Shown piece by piece: positions 11,217 through 22,039 of a stretch of 64,000 nucleotides of DNA (positions are counted from its first letter, which is position 1; each line of letters opens with the position of its first letter). The notes under the pieces were generated by a model. The model worked only from the letters and a program-made list of their open reading frames with translations. It had not been told where the DNA came from and ran no database searches. The DNA lies in the NCBI GenBank assembly GCA_963775465.1, contig CAVZIW010000006.1, positions 64,001 to 128,000 on the forward strand, in the 5' to 3' direction. Made by a program: the position numbers and the translations under genes. The DNA is from Candidatus Bathyarchaeota archaeon (GTDB lineage Archaea; Thermoproteota; Bathyarchaeia; Bathyarchaeales; Bathycorpusculaceae).

Positions 11217-11258
11217 CAATTTTAAGCTTTAAAATAAGTTATCTGTTAGGATAATCTG

Positions 11259-11975
11259 ATGACGATTAAAGCTGTTCTATTCGATATGTTCGATACACTT
11301 TTTCTAATAGAAAAAAACCATGAGTTCTACAGTCCAGCTCTAATGCGGATGTTCACGTACCTAAACAAGCACGGTATCAAAGTGTCTTTTGATAAGTTTA
11401 ATGCAGCATACGTAGAGGCTCGAGATAGAATTTATGCTCGAGTTGAAGATAGTTTTGAGGAACCGCACTTTAACGTTCGTGTTTTTGAGACTCTAAAGAG
11501 TTTAGGCTTTGACTATGAAATTTCCAGCCCCCTTGTAGCGGCGGCAACTAATGAGTTCTGTGAGGAATTCATGACCTATGTAAAAATAGATGTTTATGCC
11601 AAGGCAATGCTCAAGAGATTGCATAGTAAATACAAATTAGGAATAGTATCCAACTTCGCAATACCTGAATGCGTCTTCAAACTGATTAAAGCAGAAGGTT
11701 TGGAAAGTTATTTTGACGTGGTTATGGTTTCTGCCGCAGTCAACAAACGAAAGCCGTGTCCAGGAATCTTTCAAGATTCTTTAAAAATTCTTGGCGTTTC
11801 CCCCAAAGAGGCTGTTTTTGTAGGCGACACAATTGATTCTGATATTGAGGGAGCCAAAGCAGTTGGGATGAGAGCTGTATACATTGAACGCCGATTGCAG
11901 AAATCCGATAAAGTTTGTCCAGACTTTGCGATTAAGAATCTCAATGAGCTACTCACTGCGCTTGATCAATGTTAA
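11259..11975 (+). CDS. HAD-superfamily hydrolase
   Basis: LFDMFDTL, VSN, KP, VGDTIDSDIEGA. Confidence 0.9.
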   Translation: MTIKAVLFDMFDTLFLIEKNHEFYSPALMRMFTYLNKHGIKVSFDKFNAAYVEARDRIYARVEDSFEEPHFNVRVFETLKSLGFDYEISSPLVAAATNEFCEEFMTYVKIDVYAKAMLKRLHSKYKLGIVSNFAIPECVFKLIKAEGLESYFDVVMVSAAVNKRKPCPGIFQDSLKILGVSPKEAVFVGDTIDSDIEGAKAVGMRAVYIERRLQKSDKVCPDFAIKNLNELLTALDQC

Positions 11976-12066
11976 AAAAGCAGTTAGGTTAAGTAGGCGG
12001 AAAAATTTTAGTATGCGATTGTGAAATTATCGAAAAACTTTACTTTGAGTCCGAGAAAAACAACAA

Positions 12067-12576
12067 GTGAGTAGCATGTTAATTGGCGCAATATCAGATA
12101 CGCATGATAATTTGCCGCTTATAGAGAAAGCGGTGAAAATCTTTAACGAAAAAAAAGTGAGTTTAGTATTCCACGCTGGTGACTATGTTGCCGGTTTTGT
12201 AATTCCTAAACTCAATATGCTAAGTTGCCCCCTAATTGGTGTGCTTGGAAACAACGACGGTGACCATGAACTCCTGAAAAAAAAGTTCAGTGAAACAAAC
12301 AATTGCAGACTCCACGACCGCTTTGCTCAAATAAGTGTTGACGAAGACTTTAGGATCGCAGTTTTGCATGGGCACGAAACTGAACTTCTAAATGCCATAG
12401 TAGACAGTCAATACTACGACGCTGTAATCCATGGACACTCACATTACTTGGGCTCTGAGAAAAAGGGCAAGACTCTAAGTATTAACCCAGGAGAAGCATG
12501 CGGATACCTAACAGGAAAACCAACTATTGCAATTTTAGATACAAATAAGCGGCAAACACAAATATTCGAACTCTAA
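12067..12576 (+). CDS. YfcE/MJ0936-type metallophosphoesterase
   Basis: SDTH, HAGD, GNND, HG, GHSH, INPG. Confidence 0.9.
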   Translation: MSSMLIGAISDTHDNLPLIEKAVKIFNEKKVSLVFHAGDYVAGFVIPKLNMLSCPLIGVLGNNDGDHELLKKKFSETNNCRLHDRFAQISVDEDFRIAVLHGHETELLNAIVDSQYYDAVIHGHSHYLGSEKKGKTLSINPGEACGYLTGKPTIAILDTNKRQTQIFEL

Positions 12577-12772
12577 ATTTGGTCCAAATACTGACAGGCC
12601 TATTTATAGCTAAAACCATTTTTCTTTGCTGTTTACGCAGTTGTTGATGTTTATAATACTTAATTTTCATCAGGTGCGTTGAAAAACTATACAATTTACG
12701 GCGGCATTTTGCACTTTTTTATTCGATTATCTATAAATTAACAAAGTCCTTGTCTGTTTTCTTAGATCAATA

Positions 12773-13519
12773 ATGTTTCCTGAATCCTCCTCAAATCCCG
12801 ATCCTGCGACAAAACTAAGAGATGCAGTGGCCTATGATAGTGCTGGGAAATATGAAAGCGCTCTTATGTCCCTTGACGAAGCGATTTCAATTCAAGCTGA
12901 CTATGTTGATGCTTGGCTCATCAAAGGTGTAATTTATGGTAAGCTCGGCAAATGCAGTGAGGCGCTCAAATGCTATGACAAAGTAATTGATTTGGATTCC
13001 AGTCATGCGCCTGTGTGGCGTGTAAAAGCAGCAACATTTGCTTCACTTAATCAGCATGATAAGGCAGCAGAATGTTTTGTAAAAGCTTTAGAGTTGGATC
13101 CAGCAAACTTGGAGTATCGTTTAGCTCTTGCGCTTTCATTTCAAAGATTAAAGCGCTTTGAAGAAGCTCTCGCCTGCTATGCTGAGGCAAAAAAGCAAAA
13201 ACCCGATGATCCTCGAATCGATTATTTCATAGGAGTTATGTGGAGCAATTTGGCGGATTACCAAAAAGCCTTGAGTTCATTCGATGAAGCATTGCGGCTT
13301 AAACCTGATTTTTCAAATGCTTTGTTGGCTAAAGGAATCGTGTTAGGTAAGCTAGGAAAAACAGAAGAAGCCAAACAAATCGCTGATAAACTGTTGGAAA
13401 CAAAAGGCGAATCAGAAGAGGAAAATCAAAAACAGCCTCAATCCTTGAACGATTCTATTAGGAACGAGTTTAGAAATGCACAAAAACGCTTCAACGAAAA
13501 ATATTCTAGACCCGCATAA
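12773..13519 (+). CDS. TPR-repeat protein
   Basis: Multiple 34-aa TPR-like units (AWLIKG..YGKLGK..EALKCYDKVI). Confidence 0.85.
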   Translation: MFPESSSNPDPATKLRDAVAYDSAGKYESALMSLDEAISIQADYVDAWLIKGVIYGKLGKCSEALKCYDKVIDLDSSHAPVWRVKAATFASLNQHDKAAECFVKALELDPANLEYRLALALSFQRLKRFEEALACYAEAKKQKPDDPRIDYFIGVMWSNLADYQKALSSFDEALRLKPDFSNALLAKGIVLGKLGKTEEAKQIADKLLETKGESEEENQKQPQSLNDSIRNEFRNAQKRFNEKYSRPA

Positions 13520-13528
13520 CTTGCGAGC

Positions 13529-14467
13529 TTATCTGCTTCTTTTATTGTATGGTTCTCTTAAATTGTTAGCTTTCACGAACAGTTGTTTTAGTTCTTCGTC
13601 TGTTGCGCCTTGGCGGATTGGAGTTAAAATGTCTGTTAAGTTGTCGTTTCGCATCAAACAAGGTTTTAGTTTGCCATCACTGGTTACTCGAAGTCGTGTG
13701 CAGTGCATGCAGAAGTCGGTGTTTTCGATAGGTTTAACAACTTCTACAGTTGCGTTGGGTAAATGGTAAATTAAGCGGTTATGCATAAAGGGACGTTTCT
13801 CGATTGAGATCGCTTTTGCTTTGAGTAAGGCTTCTTGTTCGTCTAAACCTCGATGATGTTCCTTGTAATAGTTGTTGCTAACATTCACCGGGTCCAATTC
13901 GATAAGCTGTAAAACAATATTGTTTTGTCCAGCAAATTCGATTAAACTCGGTACATCGGTGACGTTTACGTCCTTTAAAATAACCATGTTTAGTTTTACA
14001 GGACAGTATTTCGCTTCAATAGCAGCTTTTATTCCGCTTAAAGCGTTTTCGAGTTTTCCACCTGTGAGTTTTTGATAAGTTTCGGGGTTAAGTGAGGGCA
14101 AACTTATGTTTACACGTTTAAGTCCGCAATTGTGCAGCTTCTTTGCCGCACCATCGACAAGCAAAAGTCCATTAGTTGTTAAAGATAAATCCCGTAAACC
14201 TGGCAGCCCCGCAATGCCTGCGACTATTTCTGAGAGGTCTGTTCGCATTAGTGGTTCACCACCAGTTAACTTTATTCGGGAAATGCCCAATCCTAAAGCG
14301 ATTTTGGCTATATGCACAATTTCCTCAACCGACATGAATTCGGCAGAGCGGTTGGCGCGTTGTACTTCACCTTCTCGATGACAATAAGCACACTTGTTGT
14401 TGCATCGCTGAGTAATTGAAATCCGAAGATTAAGAAGCGGTCTACCACAATTGTCTCTTAAACTCAT
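13529..14467 (-). CDS. moaA: GTP 3',8-cyclase MoaA
   Basis: CNNKCAYC radical SAM motif, TGGEPL, FCMHCTRLRVTSDGKLKPCL. Confidence 0.95.
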   Translation of the reverse strand: MSLRDNCGRPLLNLRISITQRCNNKCAYCHREGEVQRANRSAEFMSVEEIVHIAKIALGLGISRIKLTGGEPLMRTDLSEIVAGIAGLPGLRDLSLTTNGLLLVDGAAKKLHNCGLKRVNISLPSLNPETYQKLTGGKLENALSGIKAAIEAKYCPVKLNMVILKDVNVTDVPSLIEFAGQNNIVLQLIELDPVNVSNNYYKEHHRGLDEQEALLKAKAISIEKRPFMHNRLIYHLPNATVEVVKPIENTDFCMHCTRLRVTSDGKLKPCLMRNDNLTDILTPIRQGATDEELKQLFVKANNLREPYNKRSR

Positions 14468-15003
14468 CGTTGTTCCCGCGCGTGCTTAACGATGTGAGGC
14501 GCTTCGGGCAAAATAAGCATTTCGACCGATGTCTTCACAGCGTCAGGCGAACCCGGGATGCAGAAAATTGCCTTTCCTTTTGCGACTCCAGCTACCGCAC
14601 GAGTCAGAATCGCCGCAGAGCCGACTTTTTCAAAGCTTATGCGGCGGAAAAACTCTCCAAATCCTGGTAGGGTCTTCTCAAAAAAGGGTGTAACCGTTTC
14701 GATCGTGATGTCTGTTGGTGTTATTCCTGTTCCGCCTGAAAAGATGGCGACATCTAATTCAGACAACCCCAAAATGAACATTGCAGCATCTTGAATTTGA
14801 GTTTCGTCATCAGCAATTATTTTCTTAAAGATAATCTTATGCCCGGCTTTAGAGATTAAATCAACTGCTGTATCTCCACCAATGTCACTAACATCTTTTT
14901 CGTTTGCCTCGATTTGCTTGGAACGGGACGTACTGCAGATAAAAACGCCAAATCTCAAAGTTTTTTCTGATTTTGCTTTGTGCTGTTTAGAACTTTCACT
15001 CAT
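14464..15003 (-). CDS. moaB: MoaB/MogA molybdopterin adenylyltransferase
   Basis: SGGTGITPTDIT, LPGFGEFFR, CIPGSPDAV. Confidence 0.9.
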   Translation of the reverse strand: MSESSKQHKAKSEKTLRFGVFICSTSRSKQIEANEKDVSDIGGDTAVDLISKAGHKIIFKKIIADDETQIQDAAMFILGLSELDVAIFSGGTGITPTDITIETVTPFFEKTLPGFGEFFRRISFEKVGSAAILTRAVAGVAKGKAIFCIPGSPDAVKTSVEMLILPEAPHIVKHAREQR

Positions 15004-15005
15004 AA

Positions 15006-15443
15006 TTATGCCTGCTTTAATTTCTTAACCACAAAAATATTCTCAATAGCTGTTGAAGGATACTGTCCAGTGGGATCTTTCTCATATTGTTTGGTCATAT
15101 CCCAGACAGTTAAAAGTGCTGCGGAAACTGCTGTTAGTGCTTCCATTTCTACTCCTGTTTGGGCTCTGGTTTTTACTGTTGCAGTGGCTTCAACGGTTGC
15201 TTTGTTTGAAACCTTCACCATGACCTCAACATTGGTAAGAGGTAGTGGATGACAAAGAGGAATCAGATCACTTGTTTTTTTCGCTGCAAGCACACCTGCA
15301 ATTTTAGCAGTGTAGAGTGGATCACCTTTCGCGATTTTGCTTGTTTTTATCAAATCGATTGTTTCTGGTTTTAGTTTTATTGAGCCTGTTGCTGTGGCTT
15401 CCCTTAAAACCTGAGCCTTTCCTGAAACATCAACCATAGCCAA
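15006..15443 (-). CDS. moaC: Cyclic pyranopterin monophosphate synthase
   Basis: MVDVSGK, LIPLCHP, TGVEMEAL, WDMTK. Confidence 0.95.
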   Translation of the reverse strand: MAMVDVSGKAQVLREATATGSIKLKPETIDLIKTSKIAKGDPLYTAKIAGVLAAKKTSDLIPLCHPLPLTNVEVMVKVSNKATVEATATVKTRAQTGVEMEALTAVSAALLTVWDMTKQYEKDPTGQYPSTAIENIFVVKKLKQA

Positions 15444-15600
15444 ACTTTATCCTTCCTTGATTTGCGATCTTTAGATAACTTAGTTTTTCTTGCTCTTTAA
15501 GGCAACTGTTAAGCGGACCTTTGTTTTTTGACCCATCATATTGGTTTAGCAAACAGAAATAGAGATGTGCTCATACAGGAGAAAACCGGCTTTTTAGGGA

Positions 15601-15864
15601 TTAGTTTTTTTCCCAAACCTCAATAAGTGCAGCAACCGCTTTGGCTTTTGCAGTACCCTCGTTTAAACGGTACATTCGGATTCGACCATACTTTCGTTCT
15701 TCCAAGATTCCCTCATTTTCCAAAACCTTGAGATGACCTGCTGTTGAAGCGTAATTCATCTTAACTCGGCGCGCTACATCAGAAACGTTTAACGAGCCCA
15801 AGGTGTAGATTAACTTTAAAATTTTCATCCGCGGTTTGGATGAAAAAATATCTTCTAACTCCAA
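15601..15864 (-). CDS. ArsR-like winged-helix protein, directly downstream of cdc6
   Basis: FSSKPRMKILK...LNVSDVAR...HLKVLENEGIL...GRIRMYRL. Confidence 0.8.
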   Translation of the reverse strand: MELEDIFSSKPRMKILKLIYTLGSLNVSDVARRVKMNYASTAGHLKVLENEGILEERKYGRIRMYRLNEGTAKAKAVAALIEVWEKN

Positions 15865-17046
15865 CTATGCTCTCTCCGATTGTAAAGTCGCAGTCATTTC
15901 TTTTTCTAATTCTACGGCTGGAACGGTAGGCAATGAAAGCTTTGTTTGGCGTCCACGAGATTCGGCAGCTACAACTTCAGCTTTTAGAACACCAAGCGAT
16001 GACAAATACTGTGCGTAACTCCAGATCTGGGTATGACTGTTAGGGTGGATGTCGTATTCTTCGCAAATTACTGCATAAGCGTTTTCGACTTCTGAGAGCG
16101 AAGCGTACGCTTCATTGCTTTCCTTGAAGAATCGGGCTATTGCAAGCAAGAAAAGTTTCTCATGTAAACCCAGAGACGCTAGTTCGCTGCGCCGTAAGCC
16201 TGGGATTATAGCGGAAACTGCTTGGCGCACGCATTCAGGATCAACAGTATCAGAATTTTTGGAATCAGCGTATTTTCCAGCACGCCACAACATTTCGATC
16301 CCAAACCTAGCGTTTCCCGTTTGAGAATAAGCTAGATCGGCAACCAAGTCAATTACATCCTCTGACACTGCGCCTAACTCAAACGACATCGCAACTCGGT
16401 CATTTAAAATGTCAATAAGTTGACCTTTTCCGTATCGCTCCAAATTTATGATGCTTCGTTGCAGTGTACTTTTAGCGCTTTCATCCAAATGTTCAACAGC
16501 TTTCAAATTCCGCATAATGAAGATAAACGATAAACACTGCGGCAATCCTTGGCGCATTTCCTGCAGTCGCGTTAACTTATACACTGCATCTGAGCCTTCT
16601 TTTTCTACAAGGCTGTCAAACTCATCTAATGAGAGAATCATGTAGGTGTTTTCTGTGTCTAATGCTTTAAGAAGGAAATTGAGAAGTTCCTCAGCTGAGT
16701 ACCCACGGGCTGGAAAACTTGGTTCAAAAACTGAAAGTGCCCGATGTAGAATTGGCGCAAGACTTCCCCGATATTCTCGACAGTTAACGTGTACATAGCG
16801 GAATTTGGTGCCGCGTTTGTTGGCTTCAGAGGTTAAGGTTGCGCCAAAACGCTGGGTTAGGGCTGTTTTTCCAGTTCCAACCTCACCAGTCACGATGACG
16901 CGTTGAGACATCCTGTCTGGACAATTTAGGATGAAACTGAAGAATTCGGTTAGGAGCCGGTGTTCTTTGTCTCGGTGCGGCAGCTTTTGCGGAATATAGT
17001 TTATGTCAAGCTTAGACTCATCTTTAAACACGCTTTGATACGACAC
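15865..17046 (-). CDS. cdc6: Orc1/Cdc6 replication initiator
   Basis: YIPQKLPHRDKE, Walker A GEVGTGKT, HVNC, LDEFD, GNAR, C-terminal wH with RGR. Confidence 0.93.
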   Translation of the reverse strand: MSYQSVFKDESKLDINYIPQKLPHRDKEHRLLTEFFSFILNCPDRMSQRVIVTGEVGTGKTALTQRFGATLTSEANKRGTKFRYVHVNCREYRGSLAPILHRALSVFEPSFPARGYSAEELLNFLLKALDTENTYMILSLDEFDSLVEKEGSDAVYKLTRLQEMRQGLPQCLSFIFIMRNLKAVEHLDESAKSTLQRSIINLERYGKGQLIDILNDRVAMSFELGAVSEDVIDLVADLAYSQTGNARFGIEMLWRAGKYADSKNSDTVDPECVRQAVSAIIPGLRRSELASLGLHEKLFLLAIARFFKESNEAYASLSEVENAYAVICEEYDIHPNSHTQIWSYAQYLSSLGVLKAEVVAAESRGRQTKLSLPTVPAVELEKEMTATLQSERA

Positions 17047-17252
17047 GACTTAAATTCCTCAGTTGCAAATTGGTTGTTCTAGGACAATATTAGGTTTTAA
17101 AGAACAAAGGTATAAGGTTTGTATTAAAATTTTAAATCTTGCCCTAAATACTTGATCAATTTTATCCTGTTTCTTAATTTTTTGTTCGATTAATCATGAT
17201 ACAGCAAACTTTACATTATCGTTTCTCTTAAAATAAGACAGGTGAAACTAAA

Positions 17253-17480
17253 ATGGTCGTTCCCTTCTACATTCTCTTGCGAACTAGAATAGGCCAAAAT
17301 GCTAATGTCGTTCATCAGATACAAAAAATTGAAGGCGTTAAAGTGGTTCATTCCGTCATGGGGCACTACGATGTCATTCTGTATGCTGAAGGAACAAATC
17401 TTGAAGACGTGAGGCGTATTCGTGAGGCAGTGCATCAACTAAGAGATGTAACCATAACAGAAACAGCGATCCACACCTAA
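17253..17480 (+). CDS. Stand-alone Lrp/AsnC ligand-binding (RAM) domain
   Basis: IEGVKVVHSVMGHYDVI...ITETAI, no HTH. Confidence 0.85.
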   Translation: MVVPFYILLRTRIGQNANVVHQIQKIEGVKVVHSVMGHYDVILYAEGTNLEDVRRIREAVHQLRDVTITETAIHT

Positions 17481-17580
17481 TTTTCCATTTTGCTTTGCAT
17501 GCAAAACAACAGGAAAATTACCTCTCACACAAGACTTATCTGAATAAGCGTATTTGAGTTTTAAAACAAAAGCCTAATAA

Positions 17581-18174
17581 ATGAAGTCTGCAATCCTATT
17601 TTCCGATACCACGATGATACCTAAATACTTCTTTTTTACAAAAGGGGTTGGCAAACACAAAGAACAACTCCAATCTTTCGAGTTAGCTCTAAGAGACGCC
17701 GGCATCCAAATGGCCAACCTAGTTAGCGTATCTAGTATTGTTCCCCCAGGCTGTGAACTGGTGACACGGGAAAGAGGATTAAAAATGATTTATCCAGGCG
17801 AAATCACTTTCGTTGTGATTGCTCGCAACTCAACTAACGAACCTCACCGCCTAGTTGCTTCCAGCATCGGCGTTGCGATTCCCTCAGGCAAAAACCAATA
17901 CGGCTACCTCTCTGAACACCACTCATTTGGGCAAACCGACGAAACCGCAGGTGACTATGCAGAAGACCTCGCAGCCACTATGCTTGCAACAACAATGGGT
18001 ATCCAGTTTGACCCCGAAACCGCGTGGGATGAACGCAAAAAGATCTTCAAAACCACAGGTTTAATCATAAAAACAGCCAATACAACTCAATCTGCTTCAG
18101 GGGACAAAAACGGCTTGTGGACCACAACCGTCGCAGCAGCAGTTTTGGTTCCCTCAGAGAATGGCAAAAAATAA
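17581..18174 (+). CDS. pdaD: Pyruvoyl-dependent arginine decarboxylase
   Basis: [22 protein letters not shown] self-cleavage site, [16 protein letters not shown]; true start may be about 17614. Confidence 0.93.
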   Translation: MKSAILFSDTTMIPKYFFFTKGVGKHKEQLQSFELALRDAGIQMANLVSVSSIVPPGCELVTRERGLKMIYPGEITFVVIARNSTNEPHRLVASSIGVAIPSGKNQYGYLSEHHSFGQTDETAGDYAEDLAATMLATTMGIQFDPETAWDERKKIFKTTGLIIKTANTTQSASGDKNGLWTTTVAAAVLVPSENGKK

Positions 18175-18496
18175 CTATTCAAAACAATTTTCTTTGTTTA
18201 CCTCCTTAAAATAGGGTTTGAGATCAATTCTGAGTTAACACAAAATTTTTTGAGAATAATTCATTTTTCCATGGCACTATTTTAGTCATAAAAGCACGGC
18301 ATTTTATCGAAAAAGCGACAAGCAGGAGGTATTGTCCATACCCTATCGGTTTTGCACACTATTTACATTTTACAGCTTTTTCTTTGATTTATTTTGGATT
18401 TTTCTCCATTCAACGCGTCGTTGCACTGTTTTTTCGAGTAATGCCTCTATTTAACTTTAGCAGCCCTTGTCTTCTCGCGCAAACTCTATGACAAGG

Positions 18497-18504
18497 TTTA
18501 TAAG
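18497..18504 (+). promoter_or_regulatory. TATA box (TTTATAAG) upstream of the RNA polymerase operon
   Basis: Purine-rich BRE-like sequence precedes it; about 160 nt upstream of the rpo2 TTG. Confidence 0.55.
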
Positions 18505-18664
18505 TATGCTATGTAGCATGTGTTTGTGCTCTTAGAAAAGTTAGATGAATCTTTGAAATCTTTTTCGAGTTGGACCAACCCAGCATCGGAGGAAATAGAA
18601 GATTTGAGAAACATCAGGCTAACCCAATCACATTTAATGTAAAGTTTATGGGAGAACTGAAAAC

Positions 18665-21600
18665 TTGACCACCACACAAAAAATCCAAAAAGACGATGTT
18701 CATAATCTTTTAAAAACTTTCTTTATTGAAAAGGGTCTAGTGCGTCAGCATCTAGACAGCTATAACGAATTCATCGATCATGGACTTCAAGAAGTGGTTG
18801 ATGAAGTAGCTGAAATTCCAATCGAGGTTCCCGAATCCCCCTATAAAGTTAAACTAGGTCAAATTTGGGTAATTGATCCCCAATCACGTATTACTGGTCC
18901 ATACGCAACTGAAGTGGATGGAACAAAACATGAAATTTATCCTATGGAAGCACGTTTAAGAAATTTGGCTTACGCTGCACCTATTGCATTAGAAATGACG
19001 CCAGTTATTGACGGCAGAGAACAGGACACCGAGCTTGTCTATATCGGCAACATTCCTGTTATGTTGAAAAGCAAACTTTGTTTCCTCTCTCAGCTTAGCC
19101 GTGAAGAACTTATTGCTGCAGGAGAAGATCCAGATGATCCAGGAGGATATTTTGTTGTTAACGGTTCTGAACGTGTTATCGTTGCAATGGAAGACTTGGC
19201 GCCAAACCGAGTAATCGTTGATATTGACGAAAAGGGAACTTCACCAGTTTATCAAGCAAAGATCTTTTCAACTACAGTTGGCTTCCGAGCTAGAATTGAA
19301 CTTAAACTCAAATCAGACGACGCAATTTACGTTACAATGCCCGGCGTTCCCACAGAGATTCCTTTTGTGGTTATAATGCGCGCTTTGACTTTGGAAAAAG
19401 ACAAAGACATAGCTGAAGCAGTTTCTCTGGATAACGATGTCCAAACCCAACTTGGAGCCTCATTTGAAAAAGCAATCGGTGTTGACACACCAAGCGATGC
19501 TATTCTCTTTATCGGTAACCGTGTTGCTCATGGTCAAGTAGAAGAATACCGTCTTCAAAAAGCAGAAACTGCTTTAGACAAAAACTTCCTTCCTCATTTG
19601 GGCAGAAGTGACAAAAACCGAAGAGACAAAGCCATATTCCTCGGTGAAATGGCCTATCGTGTTATTCAACTGAAAATGGGTAAACGTCAACCAGACGACA
19701 AAGACCACTTTAAAAACAAACGTCTACGCCTTGGTGGTCCTCTGTTAGCTGATCTTTTCCGTGTCTCCTTCCGCAACTTAACACGCGACATAAAGTATCA
19801 GCTTGAACGTATAGGTGTTAAAGGACCAATCATTACTGTCTCAGCCGCGGTTCGTCCAGGAATCATTACCGAAAGATTCCAGCATGCTTTGGCAACTGGA
19901 AACTGGGGAAGAGGACGAGTAGGAATTACCCAACTTCTCGACCGAACAAACTATATCTCAACACTTAGTCATCTCAGAAGACTCCAATCACCCTTGAGTA
20001 GAAGCCAACCTAACTTCGAAGCTCGAGACTTGCACCCAACCCATTGGGGACGACTATGTCCAAACGAAACTCCCGAAGGATCAAATTGTGGTCTTGTAAA
20101 GAACCTCGCATTGTCAGCTTCCATCGCTGTTGGAATAAACCCTGACAGAATTCGGCAATTGCTTTTTGAAATGGGCGCTGTTCCAGCCTATGAGGCAACT
20201 GTCGAGATGCGCATTTCAGGAGCCAAGGTATTCGTTGACGGAAACATAATCGGCTACTGCAGTAACCCTGATGAAATGGTAAAATCTTTCCGACAAAAAC
20301 GTCGATCAGGAGAAATTTCAACTGAAGTTAACGTAACATACTTCTCTAAACAACAAACCGAAACAGAAGAGGTCCATGCAAACTGCGACGAAGGCAGAGT
20401 TAGGCGTCCACTCATTATTGTTGAAAATGGGGTACCTAAACTTCAATCTAAACATTTTGAGAAAATCGGTTTAGGCGAATGGACCTGGGAAGACCTCGTT
20501 AAGAACGGTTTGGTTGAATACTTGGATGCTGAAGAGGAAGAAAACGCTTACATTGCCTTATCTTACGAATCAATCGGTCCTGATACTACACATTCAGAAA
20601 TTGCAACTTACACTATACTTGGAATATGCGCATCTACAATTCCCTATCCAGAGCACAATCAGTCACCTCGAAATTCATATCAGGCTGCGATGGCAAAACA
20701 GGCATTGGGCGTTTACGGTACAAACTTCCATAACCGTACTGACTCACGTTCGCATATTCTTCATTATCCTCAAGTCCCGCTTGTTCAAACAGAAAACATG
20801 GATGTTATGGGCTATAAGCAGCGTCCCACCGGACAAAACTGCGTTGTTGCGGTGCTAAGTTACGAAGGCTACAACATGGAGGACGCTATCATATTCAACA
20901 AAGCATCTATCGAACGAGGGTTAGCAAGATCCACTTTCTATCGTATCTATGAAGCAGAATGCCGACAATACCTAGGCGGATTAAAAGACAAATTCACTGT
21001 TCCCGAAGCAGGAACTCGTGGATATCGAGGAGAACAATATTACCGTTTACTTGAACCAGACGGAATCATCAGCTTGGAATCGCAAGTAGTCGGAGGAGAT
21101 GTATTAATTGGAAGAATCAGCCCTCCCAGATTCCTTGAAGAATACAAAGAATTTGAAGTCAAAGGACCCTCAATGCGTGATACATCCATCGACATGCGGC
21201 CAAGCGAAACAGGAACAGTTGACGGGATATTTGTAACCGCATCAGGCGAAGGAAGTCAACTTGTCAAAGTTCGCGTTCGAGATCAAAGAGTTCCCGAACT
21301 TGGCGATAAATTTGCTAGCCGTCACGGACAGAAAGGTGTCATTGGCCTAATTGTTCCGCAAGAAGATTTGCCATTTACAGAAGACGGAATCGTTCCGGAC
21401 TTAATAATCAACCCACATGCAATCCCTTCAAGAATGACCATTGGACAGTTCATTGAATCATTAGCAGGTAAAGCTGCAGCTGCCAGAGGTAAGCCAGGTG
21501 ATGGCACACCTTTTTCAAACGAAGGACCAGACGAAGTACGCAAAAACCTTGTGAAGCTAGGTTTTAGCCATACAGGAAGCGAAGTTTTCTATAGCGGCAC

Positions 21601-22039
21601 TACTGGCGAAAAATTTGTAGCAGACATTTTCGTTGGATTAGTTTACTATCAAAAACTTCATCATATGGTTGCTGACAAAATCCATGCTCGAGCAAGAGGA
21701 CAAGTCCAAATGCTAACGCGTCAACCTACTGAAGGTCGTGCAAGAGGTGGTGGTCTGAGGTTCGGGGAAATGGAGCGAGACTGCCTCATCGGACACGGAG
21801 CAGCCATGCTTCTTCGGGACAGACTTTTAGAAGAATCAGACAAGTACACTCTTTACATTTGTGAGAACTGCGGACAAATTGCTTTCTTTGACATGAAGCA
21901 AAGGCGTTATGTCTGTAAGATATGCGATGAGAAAGCTAAGATTTCCCCAGTTATTGTGTCATACGCTTTCAAGCTTTTGCTGCAAGAGCTTCAGAGCTTG
22001 TGTATTACACCCAAATTAAGACTTAAGGAGAAGGCATAA
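18665..22039 (+). CDS. rpoB: RNA polymerase subunit Rpo2 (B), unsplit
   Basis: GGYFVVNGSERV, CPNETPEG, GDKFASRHGQKG, GGLRFGEMERD, C-terminal zinc ribbon. Confidence 0.98.
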   Translation: MTTTQKIQKDDVHNLLKTFFIEKGLVRQHLDSYNEFIDHGLQEVVDEVAEIPIEVPESPYKVKLGQIWVIDPQSRITGPYATEVDGTKHEIYPMEARLRNLAYAAPIALEMTPVIDGREQDTELVYIGNIPVMLKSKLCFLSQLSREELIAAGEDPDDPGGYFVVNGSERVIVAMEDLAPNRVIVDIDEKGTSPVYQAKIFSTTVGFRARIELKLKSDDAIYVTMPGVPTEIPFVVIMRALTLEKDKDIAEAVSLDNDVQTQLGASFEKAIGVDTPSDAILFIGNRVAHGQVEEYRLQKAETALDKNFLPHLGRSDKNRRDKAIFLGEMAYRVIQLKMGKRQPDDKDHFKNKRLRLGGPLLADLFRVSFRNLTRDIKYQLERIGVKGPIITVSAAVRPGIITERFQHALATGNWGRGRVGITQLLDRTNYISTLSHLRRLQSPLSRSQPNFEARDLHPTHWGRLCPNETPEGSNCGLVKNLALSASIAVGINPDRIRQLLFEMGAVPAYEATVEMRISGAKVFVDGNIIGYCSNPDEMVKSFRQKRRSGEISTEVNVTYFSKQQTETEEVHANCDEGRVRRPLIIVENGVPKLQSKHFEKIGLGEWTWEDLVKNGLVEYLDAEEEENAYIALSYESIGPDTTHSEIATYTILGICASTIPYPEHNQSPRNSYQAAMAKQALGVYGTNFHNRTDSRSHILHYPQVPLVQTENMDVMGYKQRPTGQNCVVAVLSYEGYNMEDAIIFNKASIERGLARSTFYRIYEAECRQYLGGLKDKFTVPEAGTRGYRGEQYYRLLEPDGIISLESQVVGGDVLIGRISPPRFLEEYKEFEVKGPSMRDTSIDMRPSETGTVDGIFVTASGEGSQLVKVRVRDQRVPELGDKFASRHGQKGVIGLIVPQEDLPFTEDGIVPDLIINPHAIPSRMTIGQFIESLAGKAAAARGKPGDGTPFSNEGPDEVRKNLVKLGFSHTGSEVFYSGTTGEKFVADIFVGLVYYQKLHHMVADKIHARARGQVQMLTRQPTEGRARGGGLRFGEMERDCLIGHGAAMLLRDRLLEESDKYTLYICENCGQIAFFDMKQRRYVCKICDEKAKISPVIVSYAFKLLLQELQSLCITPKLRLKEKA

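Noticed and set aside
17047-17252. Replication origin next to cdc6
   Set aside because: AT-rich, but I see no repeated ORB-like boxes (GTTCCAGTGGAAAC/G-string) on either side of the gene.
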